The notes below the pieces were generated by a model. The model did no database searches, was not told where the DNA came from, and saw only the letters and a program-made list of their open reading frames with translations. DNA of 64,000 nt from an uncultured delta proteobacterium (GTDB lineage: Bacteria > Desulfobacterota > Zymogenia > Zymogenales > Zymogenaceae): NCBI GenBank assembly GCA_963735595.1, contig CAVTLK010000001.1:128001-192000 (forward strand). The letters run 5' to 3'. The stretch's first letter is position 1; the number at the start of each line of letters is the position of its first letter. This document shows positions 20,052-29,526 of the stretch, one piece after another. A program made the position numbers and the translations under genes.

Positions 20052-20093
20052 CAAGACATATTCCTATGAGACAAGAAATATTCTTATGGGACA
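20052..20093. promoter_or_regulatory. Tandem 20-bp repeat, candidate enhancer (UAS) for the adjacent activator
   Basis: CAAGACATATTCCTATGAGA/CAAGAAATATTCTTATGGGA (17/20), ~100-135 bp upstream of the -24 element. Confidence 0.55.
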
Positions 20094-20273
20094 GTATACA
20101 AGCAGACGATCGGGGGGGTATACTTATGTACGGTTCTATTGCCGTATTACGACGGTATACACGCACGAATGCAAACGGGCCATTTCGTTGGGCTTGTGAA
20201 GATCAGCGGATAGAGACGACGGTGTTTTAGAACAAGAGCCTTTCTGTTGGTGCGTTTATATGAGAAGGGTGGT

Positions 20274-21692
20274 CTACCAGGAAGGGGTTATTGAATGTCT
20301 CTTGAGAAGCGCATAGAGGCGAGACTGAGATAATCCTGAAATCCTGCATGCTTTACCGATATCGCCCTCGGCGATTGACATCAGTTCTCTCAGATAGCTC
20401 TCTTCAGTTTCCTCGATCGTTCTTTTTCGCATCTCTCCGATGGTTGGGAGATATCTCTGACTTAGGGTATCCTTTTTTTGTTTCGTATCGGGTTCCGTTC
20501 CTGTTACCGTTCTTGATTTCGCCAGTTGAACCCGTACGTTGATCGGTAGGTGTTTTGAAAAGAGGATTCGCTCTGAATGGGCAGCCGTTACCGCTCGATC
20601 TATCGCATTCAATAACTCGCGGACATTCCCCGGCCAGTTATACTGCATCAGCGCGTCAAAAAAATCTGAGGAATACTCTTTCCGTTCTATCTCCTGTTTC
20701 TGACAGAACTCAGCAATACCATACGGTAGAAGCTCCTTTATGTCTTCCTTACGTTCTCTCAATGCGGGAAGCTTGATGGTAAACGCGCGCAGTCGAAAGA
20801 GAAGATCTTCGCGGAACTTCTTTTTCTGAACTTGCTCGTCTAGATCTCTATTGGATGCGGAGATAATTCTAAAATCGCTTGCGATGTGTTTCTTGCCGCC
20901 CACTTTTCGAAAAGTCTTCTCCTGCAACACCCTCAGAAAAGACTTCTGTGCCGAGAGGGGGAGTTCTCCTACTTCATCAAGGAACAGGGTGCCTCCATCG
21001 GCCTGTTGCACCAACCCATCTTGGGGAGTATCGGCACCGGTAAAGGCGCCCTTTTCGTATCCGAAAAGGATGCTTTCCACGAGATTCTCGGGCAGTGCTG
21101 CGCAATCGACGACGACAAAACTCCTATCCGCGCGATTGCTGCTATTATGGATGGCACGTGCGGATAGCTCCTTGCCTGTTCCTGTCTCTCCTATAATAAG
21201 AACATGTGCATTACCTTTGGACGCTTGCGCCATGAGGTCGATACACGTACTAAGCTGAGGGCTGCTTCCAATGATATCCCTGAATGTTTCGTGTTTCAAG
21301 GCGTGGGGCGGTCCCTCGGCAACTTTTTGTATACGATACTTCAGCGCATGCGCAAGGTGATGCAAGAGAGCTTTATTGGATGGCTTCTTGATTACATACT
21401 CCCATGCCCCGGCCTCAATAGCCTTTCCCGCCTCTTCGGGATCGGGCGCGTCGGTGATGATAATCACTTCGGGTGACGGGGGGGTCTTGATAATCTCCGG
21501 GATCAGATCGATCCCCCTTCCACTATTCATGGAACTGTTGAGAAGGATAACGTCGGGCTCGTGGGTACTTATTGTCCGTATCAAATCTTCCGCCGAATAA
21601 AGAACGGTGACCTTATGGCCGATTTCGGTTATCCGAAAAGATAGAGATTTACAAAATAATCTGTCTGCGTCGACGATTGATACGTGTGCCAT
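20274..21692 (-). CDS. Sigma54-dependent enhancer-binding protein (NtrC-like: receiver, AAA+, HTH)
   Basis: GETGTGKE, GAFTGA, TLFLDEVG, FREDLLFRL, WPGNVREL; receiver reads DVILLN (phosphoacceptor D->N). Confidence 0.92.
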   Translation of the reverse strand: MAHVSIVDADRLFCKSLSFRITEIGHKVTVLYSAEDLIRTISTHEPDVILLNSSMNSGRGIDLIPEIIKTPPSPEVIIITDAPDPEEAGKAIEAGAWEYVIKKPSNKALLHHLAHALKYRIQKVAEGPPHALKHETFRDIIGSSPQLSTCIDLMAQASKGNAHVLIIGETGTGKELSARAIHNSSNRADRSFVVVDCAALPENLVESILFGYEKGAFTGADTPQDGLVQQADGGTLFLDEVGELPLSAQKSFLRVLQEKTFRKVGGKKHIASDFRIISASNRDLDEQVQKKKFREDLLFRLRAFTIKLPALRERKEDIKELLPYGIAEFCQKQEIERKEYSSDFFDALMQYNWPGNVRELLNAIDRAVTAAHSERILFSKHLPINVRVQLAKSRTVTGTEPDTKQKKDTLSQRYLPTIGEMRKRTIEETEESYLRELMSIAEGDIGKACRISGLSQSRLYALLKRHSITPSW

Positions 21693-21872
21693 TTTTCCTT
21701 ATATCATTTAGGATCGACAAGCTTTTTCAGCTCGATACTTTTATATGCTTGCTTCGCAAACAAAACATGATCAGAGGGATAAATGATAGCAATCAGTTTT
21801 AAAAAGAAGTATCGCCAGTGTTATTGCATGTCTCATCAGCTCCCGTGATAGTCGATCGGAAAACCAAGTGGA

Positions 21873-23123
21873 TTAGCGTTTGGTAGCCCTGTCTTTTCGT
21901 CTTGACGGTTCAGGGGCGTTACGCCCGCCCTTTTGATTGCCGAATGCTTCCTTCCATCGCTCTTCGACGCTCGGGATAGGCGCGCTCTCGTTTACGGTTC
22001 CCAGGAGTCGGGCCGTTTTCCGGGTAGAAGGCAGATCCTCCATGACGATCTTGATCATCGCCGTTAGCGGTATGGCCAGGAAAACGCCCACCACTCCCCA
22101 CAACCACCCCCAGAACGTCAACGAAAAAAGGATAACAAGTGGAGAGAGGTTAAGCCCTCTGCCTAAAATGCGCGGGCTCACATAGTTGCCCATGACGATC
22201 TGTATGATACCGAGAATCAGGAGCATCAGTAACGCCGCTCCCGCCGAGAACTGCATGAGCACCATGAGGACGGGCAACAAAACCGCAAGGTGTACTCCGA
22301 CATAAGGTATGAAAAATAACATAAATGCCGATACGCCCCAAAGGATATAAAATTCCACCCCACAGGCCCATAGCAGTAGTACAAAGATAATACCGTCGAT
22401 GGCGGCCAGCCCCGTCTTGATAACCAGGTACTTTCGCACGTCCCGATTGACGGCGTTGAAGATTCTAAGGATTTTATTGGATCGTGCTTTACCGTACGCG
22501 TAAACCACCCGCGGGCCGAACTGATCGACTTCTAGGATAATGAAAACCATTAAAAAAAAGATCAGGAGCAGGTTCCCCACCAGCCCGAACACGGACCCGA
22601 TGCTTCTTGCGGCAAAGCCCCGGGCAAGCTCGCTAAGTGAGGAAGAAGATAACAACGAATCGGCCGGAACCAAATCGATACCAATTTCCCCGAGGAACGT
22701 CGTCCCGCCGATCCAGGCAGCTAAACCGTTAAGCATTCGCTGGACCGACTCTACGTAAACCGGGAGCTTTTCCATAAATGAATTGAAGTTATGCGAGATG
22801 AGCTTACCCAGGAAAAAGCCGGCCACAAACAGCGCGACGAAGATGAGCAGGTAGGCAAAAAAACGCGGCACTTTAATCCGCATGAGGAACTGCTCGATGG
22901 GAGAGATCAGGATATAGAGAAATACGGCGATGAGAAGCGGTTTGAGGATTGGTCCGAGGATTTTGAGCACAAAAACGGCGATAACACCAAGGATAACCAT
23001 CATCCCGATTCTGATAATGTCCAAGTTCCTCGAATCACGGTCGGGCGTCAACTGTTCTTGCCGTACACCCGGAACCTTTCTTTTAAAATCCGTCACGGCG
23101 CAACTCCATAAAACGATAGACAA
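21873..23123 (-). CDS. AI-2E family transporter (start uncertain)
   Basis: Multi-TM; FIPYVG, PRILGRGLNLSP, FWGWLWGVVGVFLAIPL. Confidence 0.85.
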   Translation of the reverse strand: MSIVLWSCAVTDFKRKVPGVRQEQLTPDRDSRNLDIIRIGMMVILGVIAVFVLKILGPILKPLLIAVFLYILISPIEQFLMRIKVPRFFAYLLIFVALFVAGFFLGKLISHNFNSFMEKLPVYVESVQRMLNGLAAWIGGTTFLGEIGIDLVPADSLLSSSSLSELARGFAARSIGSVFGLVGNLLLIFFLMVFIILEVDQFGPRVVYAYGKARSNKILRIFNAVNRDVRKYLVIKTGLAAIDGIIFVLLLWACGVEFYILWGVSAFMLFFIPYVGVHLAVLLPVLMVLMQFSAGAALLMLLILGIIQIVMGNYVSPRILGRGLNLSPLVILFSLTFWGWLWGVVGVFLAIPLTAMIKIVMEDLPSTRKTARLLGTVNESAPIPSVEERWKEAFGNQKGGRNAPEPSRRKDRATKR

Positions 23124-23459
23124 GTGTACGTAATTCTATCCATCTCTCCGACATAAATCAACCGAAAACGATATTAACACCAACCCGTTTATTCTCAATA
23201 ATATGAAGAATTATCTGATCAATCGGTACATATAGTTAAGCATTACCACCGAAACGCTTCCGTATACTCTTCACGGTTATTCTTGACCATACACCTTAGG
23301 TAGTGCTCGGTGCTCTTAATGGTTGAGCGACCCAGAAGCTGTTTCAGCCACTAAGATTTTTAGTGCTGATAAAGGAGTGAATTGAAAAAGAGTTACAGGG
23401 GGTGAGAAAATGGATACTTTGTTATAATACTGAATAAATTAAGAGATTGTCTGTCAGTG

Positions 23460-23700
23460 TAACCGAGATGAAGGGGCTCGAACCGTCGACCTGATAACTA
23501 TAAGTCATCGTTGCGGAGGGAGGCCAACCTGTTAGAATAACGCAGAAAACGGCCTAAACCCCCAGTTTCTGTTCAAGAAATAACTCTGGCTTGTTTAGGT
23601 TAATTTTGATATACTTCAGTCTAAGTTGAATTGCCGTGGGCGTTCTTTGGACACAAAATGAAAAAGAGCTACAAGCCCGAACGTGTAACTACTTGAAATC
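23460..23700. mobile_element. ~240-bp att-only mini-element: degenerate tRNA 3' core plus arm sequences abutting the tRNA
   Basis: 23473-23506 matches the att core at 23/34 positions without gaps; the following ~150 bp are homologous to 5615-5761. Confidence 0.6.
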
Positions 23701-23775
23701 TGGAGCCGGAGGGGAGGGTTGAACTCCCGACCTGATGATTACGAATCAACTGCTCTACCACTGAGCTACTCCGGC
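23701..23775 (-). tRNA. tRNA-Thr (anticodon CGT)
   Basis: GCCGGAG-TA-GCTC-AGTGGTA-GAGC-A-GTTGA-TTCGTAA-TCATC-AGGTC-GGGAG-TTCAACC-CTCCC-CTCCGGC-T-CCA cloverleaf; one U-U pair in the anticodon stem; TTGACA upstream at 23816-23821 (-). Confidence 0.95.
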
Positions 23776-24062
23776 CACAAAAACAATGTGATAACGTATA
23801 CCTTTTAGGATATTTTGTCAAGAGTTAGGTGAATAAAAAGGTTCGAAATATTCTCTATCGTCTCGAAATATTTTAAGGATATCCTAAGATGAGAGGCCGT
23901 GAACCGAGGCGCAGAAAAGACCCGGAAGAAGCGCCTTATCGGACGGACGCGACGCCGCGTATTGATCGGGTAATGGATAACCTAGACCGCGAAGAGCCCC
24001 CTGTGGATTCCGTATCCTGTAGTATATCGAGCAATCCAATAGGTCCAGGTCAGGAGCGATAT

Positions 24063-24513
24063 ATGGAATCGATGGCGTCCCCGTATGTTTCGAGAGGCTA
24101 TCGCGCCTTTATCCTTTGCGCCGGGATCTACGATATGCTTGTAGGCCTCTCGTCTTTTTTCTTCTATCCAGTCCTCTACGTATTGATGAGCGCGTTTGAT
24201 CCGGGGCTCCCCATGACGGCTCACCGGGTCCGTGGAGATGATGCACCTGAAGATGAACGGCATCTTCATGTTCTTCGCCGGTTTCGGCTATATCTTCCCG
24301 TACCTGAACTACGAAAAGTTCAAGTTCTACATTCCGGTCTTCGGAATCGGTTTGAGGACATGGGGCGGCGGATTTCTTCTCTACACGAGCCTGTTCTGGA
24401 CGACCCCGCTCAGCTATGGAATCCTCGGGGCCGTCGATCTGGCTATTGCGCTCTGTTTCGTCCTTTTTCTCCTCAATTATCGAAGCAAACGAATCCACAT
24501 CCGCAACTACTGA
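24063..24513 (+). CDS. Small hypothetical membrane protein; frameshift near 24225
   Basis: RBS AGGAG; hydrophobic helices continue from the 23889-frame ORF into the 24232-24513 ORF. Confidence 0.55.
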
Positions 24514-24515
24514 GT

Positions 24516-25566
24516 TTACACCCTGGCAATCGGAGACGCGAGCCGCACGCCCGCCTCTTCCAGGGCCTTCTTAATGGCGGTGTTGGCGCTGTGGCGCAGG
24601 CGAAAATACTGAGGTATGTCCTCGATCCAGTAGACGATACGAAACGTTATCGAGTAGCTGACGAAGTCGTAAAGATCGCAGCTCGCTCCTTTCCTCACGC
24701 CGGGGGTCTTGTCCAACGCCTTTGTAATCAAGATCCGAACAGCGCTGGAGGGTCTCGGCGTTTGTTTCGGGCGCCACGGCCAGGTACAGCAGCGCGCGGC
24801 GGGCCCTCCGGGCGGACAGGTTCTCCATGAGGCTGTTGGAAATCTCACTATTGGGGATCAAGACACGGGTATCCTCAAAGGTGCGCATCGTCGTCATGCG
24901 CAGTCCCACCTCTTCCACCTTCCCCTCGATCCCCTTATAAACAATGGTATCGTCCATCTGGTAGGGTTTGTTCATAAAGATGTTGAAACCGCCGAACATC
25001 TGACCCAGGCTTTCCTTGGCGGCGATGGCAATAGCGGCGCCCCCGACGCCAAGGCCCGTGATCAGGGATAGGACATCGTAGCCCATCTCGGACAGCAGCA
25101 CGATAATGACCATGACCCAGATGCTGACCTTGACCATCGCGCTGATGATCGGGATGATCTGGTCGTCGAGCTTCGTCTCGGTCTTGGAGGCCAGCGGTCT
25201 GAGAAAGGCCTCCACGAGCACGTCAAACATCCTGGTGACGAGCCAGGTTACGGCCACCAGGAAGACAATAATAATGACCTGACCGACGAACTTGGTCACC
25301 GGCGGGGTCATGACAAGGATCTTGAGGGCGAAATAGACGCCGCCCACCAAAAACAGGAGGGTTATCGGTTCTTCGACGAAGTCGATGATCACGTCGTCCA
25401 GGCTCGTTTTGGTTTTTTTGGCCATCTTCCTGGCGCTGTTCTTAAAGAGGTAGTAGATCATCCGCGCGAGAACGGCGGCGCCGATGACGATCAAAAAGAA
25501 GTAGAGGTAGCGGTCCATCGTGTTTCCGAAATAGACCTGGGACATGAAATTACCAAGCGATGTCAT
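24516..25566 (-). CDS. MscS family mechanosensitive channel; frameshift near 24740
   Basis: LITGLGVGGAAIAIAAKE, GKVEEVGLR, IPNSEI; C-terminus in another frame. Confidence 0.85.
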
Positions 25567-25626
25567 GGGGCAATACTCCTTACAGGGTGCATAGCGGAAA
25601 ATACTATACGAACTTAGTGCTGCTGT

Positions 25627-26791
25627 CTATATCCGAATGGGATATCTTCCATATTCTTTGACCGCCTCCATCATGAAGCGGATATTGTCGACCTTAATAT
25701 CGGAATGAGAGTTACAGGGGCCGAGGATCAACCCGCCGCCTTCCCCGGCCTTTCCGATAACCTCCTTGACGTGAGCGTGCACCTCTTCCCGCGTTCCATG
25801 GGAAAGGACGTGAGCGATATCGAGGTGTCCGAGCAGCGAGAGCTTGTGACCGGCGATACTGCGCACTTCGGCGAGGTCCACGCCGGCCGTCGGCTCCAGC
25901 GAGTGGTGTCCGTCAAATCCCCATTTAATGAAGTAGGGCAACAGAGGAATCGTCCAGCCGTCGGTATGAATGACGATCTTCAGGCCCTTCCGATGGGCGC
26001 GATCGGTAATCTCGGTAAACGCCTTTCCGTACAGTTCGTCCATCAGCGTCGGGTTTAGCATAGGCCCGGACTTATAGGCCATGTCATCGGAGTAGATGAT
26101 GCCGGGAAGGCCCGCGTCGGCCGAGGCGTCGACGCATTTAAGATACCAGTTCTTGTTGTATTCGATGGCCTCTTCGATGAACGAGCGTTCCTTCTTGAGA
26201 AGCCGTGTAAACGTCGGGAACCCGAACGGCTGCCAGATGTTCTCCGAGATACCGTAGAGGTGAGATCCGAAGAGGTAGATGTCGTTGCCGAATTCCTTCT
26301 TGATCGTTCTCGTTGAATTGGAACATTTTTTCGGGAAAGCGCTCCCAGTTCTTCTTGGGCAATCGGCGCCAGTCCTCGGGCGTCCTGAGCATTCCGTCTA
26401 TGTACATCGGGGTGTCCATATTACCGTAGCCGTCGTCGACTATCTTATAGAGGCGGCCGAAGATATCGGTCATGTGTCGGGAATCCTTGATGAGGAATAT
26501 ATTGGCATACAGGGCCCAGGTTGCGTCATATCCCATGACCACGTCGGAGGTCAGCTTCTTGAACATGAATTCCCGCACGTCCCGTTCGAAAAGTCCCAGC
26601 CGGTTGAGAAGGGGGGCCGTGGCGGTGATGATCGGTGCGGTGATTGGGTTTATAAAATACTTGTAGGAATTATCGGGTGTCTCGCCGAGGATGTCGTAGA
26701 TGTGTTTCTGCACGTCGATACAGGAGATAGTGGGAACGACATCGGGTTCCCGATGGGCCAACGCCGTTTTGACGCGTTCGATCCTGTCCAT
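25627..26791 (-). CDS. Uroporphyrinogen decarboxylase (URO-D/MtaA-like) family protein; frameshift near 26310
   Basis: ERVKTALAHREPDVVP; SDDMAYKSGPM; HTDG; LEPTAGVD; GGGLILGPCNS. Confidence 0.8.
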
Positions 26792-27040
26792 GGAGCACCT
26801 CACTTATAAAATATAGTATATAAGTATCCCTTATACTCCTATTTGTGGATAGAGGCCTTTCATGAAGCGGCTTGCCTCTCATGTATCGTAGCAGGTCGGC
26901 AGCTGCTCCCGTGGCGATGATGTACACAAAAGCAAATAACCGGCAGCAGTATATCATTTCTCATTCAAACATACAATTATTTTACCGGGAATCTCACGCG
27001 CGGGCGAAAAAATATTACTCGGTGTACGGTGGAAAACTAT

Positions 27041-27068
27041 TTGACATATTCTTTATTTCGTATACTAT
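27041..27068 (+). promoter_or_regulatory. Sigma70-type promoter for the riboswitch leader
   Basis: TTGACA-N16-TACTAT, ~9 nt upstream of the RNA motif. Confidence 0.6.
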
Positions 27069-27076
27069 GATATCAG

Positions 27077-27194
27077 TTCTCCGAGCCACATCACCTGTGG
27101 ATCGTCGGCGTACGGTGCGCCGCGTAGCTCTATGGTGACTGGCCGATAGGGTTCGGTTGGAAACGGCCGGGCCTCCCGTGTTTGGAAAGGAGGA
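27077..27194 (+). ncRNA. Moco-family riboswitch candidate lacking P3 (tungsten-cofactor/Tuco-type variant)
   Basis: CTCCGAGCCA..CACCT...TATGGTG..TGGCC-GATAGGG..GAAA..GCCTCCCGTGTTTGGAAAGGAG matches the moaA-type motif; P1 TTCTCC/GGAGGA sequesters the SD of ATG 27200. Confidence 0.85.
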
Positions 27195-27546
27195 AAACCA
27201 TGATGTCGAGACTCGCCTCGCGTAGGAAGCATTCCAAGGGCCTTAACAAGCATTATTTCCCACCTCCGATATGATATCGGGCTCTCCAGAAAACCTGACA
27301 TAACAGGGCATTTCAGACGATGAAGGAGCGTCGGTAATCGACCGAACGTTATAGGGAAGTTGTGTGTCCGAAGCATCGGCTCACGCCAAATTCCGATGGC
27401 GCTTCTTGTTACTTCGAAGTCTGAAATGCAGACGGGTAGTTTCTGCCCTCGATGCGACCGTATGATTGATCTCGTGAAGAGATCAGTGAATCATCGGTGC
27501 GCATGCGGCGCAGACTTTTATAAACGATGACATGGAGGGTAAGACT

Positions 27547-29160
27547 ATGAGCCATATATCTGCCAAAAAGACAGCCGATGAAGATAAGAGCAAAGAATTT
27601 GTCGTCTCTAAGAGCCCGGCGACGGGCAAGGAACTGGGCGTGTCGAAGTTGAATACTCCCGACGACGTGCGATACGCCGTTGAGAGGGCCAGAAAGGTGC
27701 AGCCGCTATGGGCCGCAACGCCGATTAAAGAGCGGTCGCGAATAATGATACGGGTTCGCGACTATATTGTCGAACATGCCGATGAAATCGCGCGAACCGT
27801 CAGTCTCGATAACGGCAAGACCGTGACGGATGCCATGGTCGCCGAGGCGTTTGGGTCGGCAATGGCGGCAGATTATTATGCGAAGAATACCAAGCGCCTG
27901 ATCAAGGATAAGGGCATAAGGCCCGGCCCTCATGATGATGGCGTATAAGAAGAGCAAGATCATCCGAGTACCGTGCGGCGTCGTCGGGATTATTTCACCG
28001 TGGAATTACCCATTTACGATTCCGTTTGTCGAGATCGTCATGGCCCTCATGGCGGGAAATGCGGTTGTGCTAAAGGTCGCCACCGAGACGCAGCAGGTCG
28101 GCCGGGCACTCGAGAAGTGTTTCAACTCGGTCGGGCTGCCCGAAGGGCTTTTCACCCACGTCAACCTTCCGGGAAGGATCGCGGGAGACGCGTTCCTGTC
28201 GGCGGGTATTGATAAGCTCTTTTTCACCGGGAGCGTCGGCGTCGGCAAGGAGTTGATGGCCCTGGCGTCGCGGACACTGACGCCGCTTTCGCTGGAGCTG
28301 GGTGGAAATGATCCCATGTTGGTGTGTCCCGACGCAAACGTGTACCGCGCCGCAACGGGTGCGGTATGGGCCGGATTGTCAAACTCCGGGCAGACCTGCG
28401 CCGCGGTGGAGCGGATCTACGTTCATAAGGACGTCTATGATCCCTTCATGGATCTGCTCGTGAAACAGGTAAACGCGATTACGGGTTGGATCGGACGGTT
28501 TTGACATCGATATCGGGGCGATGACCACCGAATGCGCAGGTGGAGACGGTAAAAGAGCATATTGCCGACGCTCTGGACAAAGGAGCGGTTATCGCCGCCC
28601 AGTCACAGTGTCCGAAAAACTCCCCGGAAACTTCCTGCCGGCGACGCTCCTGGCCAACGTCGATCATTCGATGGCCGTCATGCGGGAAGAAAGTTTCGGG
28701 CCGGTGCTCGGCGTCATGAAAGTCGATTCCATGGAACAGGCGATCGGACTTGGCGAACGATTCGAATCTCGGGACTCACCGCTTCGGTATGGTCGAAGAA
28801 CCGGAAGAATGCCGAATCGCTGGCACGGAGGATACAGTCCGGCGTCGTCATGATAAACGATCACATGATGAGCAGCGGCCTGTGCCGAGACACCCTGGGG
28901 CGGATTCAAGGAATCCGGGCTCGGACGAACGCACGGAGAGCTTGGAATGATGGAGATGACCCAGCCGATATGCATCGTCCACGACTATCTGCCCGGCGTT
29001 CAGCGAAATATGTGGTGGTATCCGAGCGGTAAAGGGAATATACGACGGGATAAAGGGAATGATGGAGTTCCTGTTCTCCCGAAGCCTCGGCAAACGCCTG
29101 GCGGGAGGGATCAAGGTCACTATGCTATTTATGCGCTCATTTACAAAAGAGCGTGGCTGA
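27547..29160 (+). CDS. NAD(P)-dependent aldehyde dehydrogenase; several frameshifts
   Basis: SPATG, ISPWNYP, FFTGS, LELGG, GQTC, EESFGP and WGGFKESG-like motifs spread over adjacent ORFs; RBS GGAGG. Confidence 0.85.
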
Positions 29161-29171
29161 TAACAATGGCA

Positions 29172-29220
29172 GAGAGGGCGCCGGGGAAAACCGGCGCGCT
29201 CTCCCGTCTTTTGACGGGAG
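29172..29220 (+). terminator. Two overlapping hairpins after the ALDH gene
   Basis: GAGAGGGCGCCGG/CCGGCGCGCTCTC and CTCCCGTC-TTTT-GACGGGAG. Confidence 0.55.
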
Positions 29221-29526
29221 CTATGAACGGGTTGATACGCCGTAGAAACCTCGGACTGGACCAGTTTACTCTGGGAATACCGGAGACGTATATTCATATA
29301 TATTTGTACGATGCCATACTACTACAGGAGGTTATCTGATGTTTCTGGCGAATCACAACCCTCATGTCCGTCAGGAAGACCGATGTCCGGATATTGGCCT
29401 TCCAGACGCGAGACCGAACCGGGCGTATCCCCGGCACGTGTCAGGTATTTGGCTGGCGCACCATTTCAATCGTACGTGCGGATCGGCTGAAACTAATAAC
29501 GGTAATACGATGAGGCGAGGCACACG

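Larger units (their letters stand above)
5568..23747. mobile_element. ~18 kb genomic island integrated in tRNA-Thr(CGT); no integrase gene seen
   Basis: Direct repeats of the tRNA 3' end at both borders, AT-rich att arms, and visibly AT-richer interior (~15.3-18.6 kb). Confidence 0.85.

Noticed and set aside
27204..27530. Frame open except for one TGA at 27321 followed by a hairpin, as a possible selenoprotein
   Set aside because: No in-frame start with an RBS, no recognisable Sec/Cys motif, and the hairpin loop does not resemble a typical bacterial SECIS.
24063..29160. Cluster of frameshifted genes (membrane protein, MscS, URO-D-like, ALDH) as pseudogenisation or programmed frameshifting
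   Set aside because: Small indels hit unrelated neighbouring genes while motifs stay intact, which fits low-coverage long-read error better; read polishing is needed to settle it.
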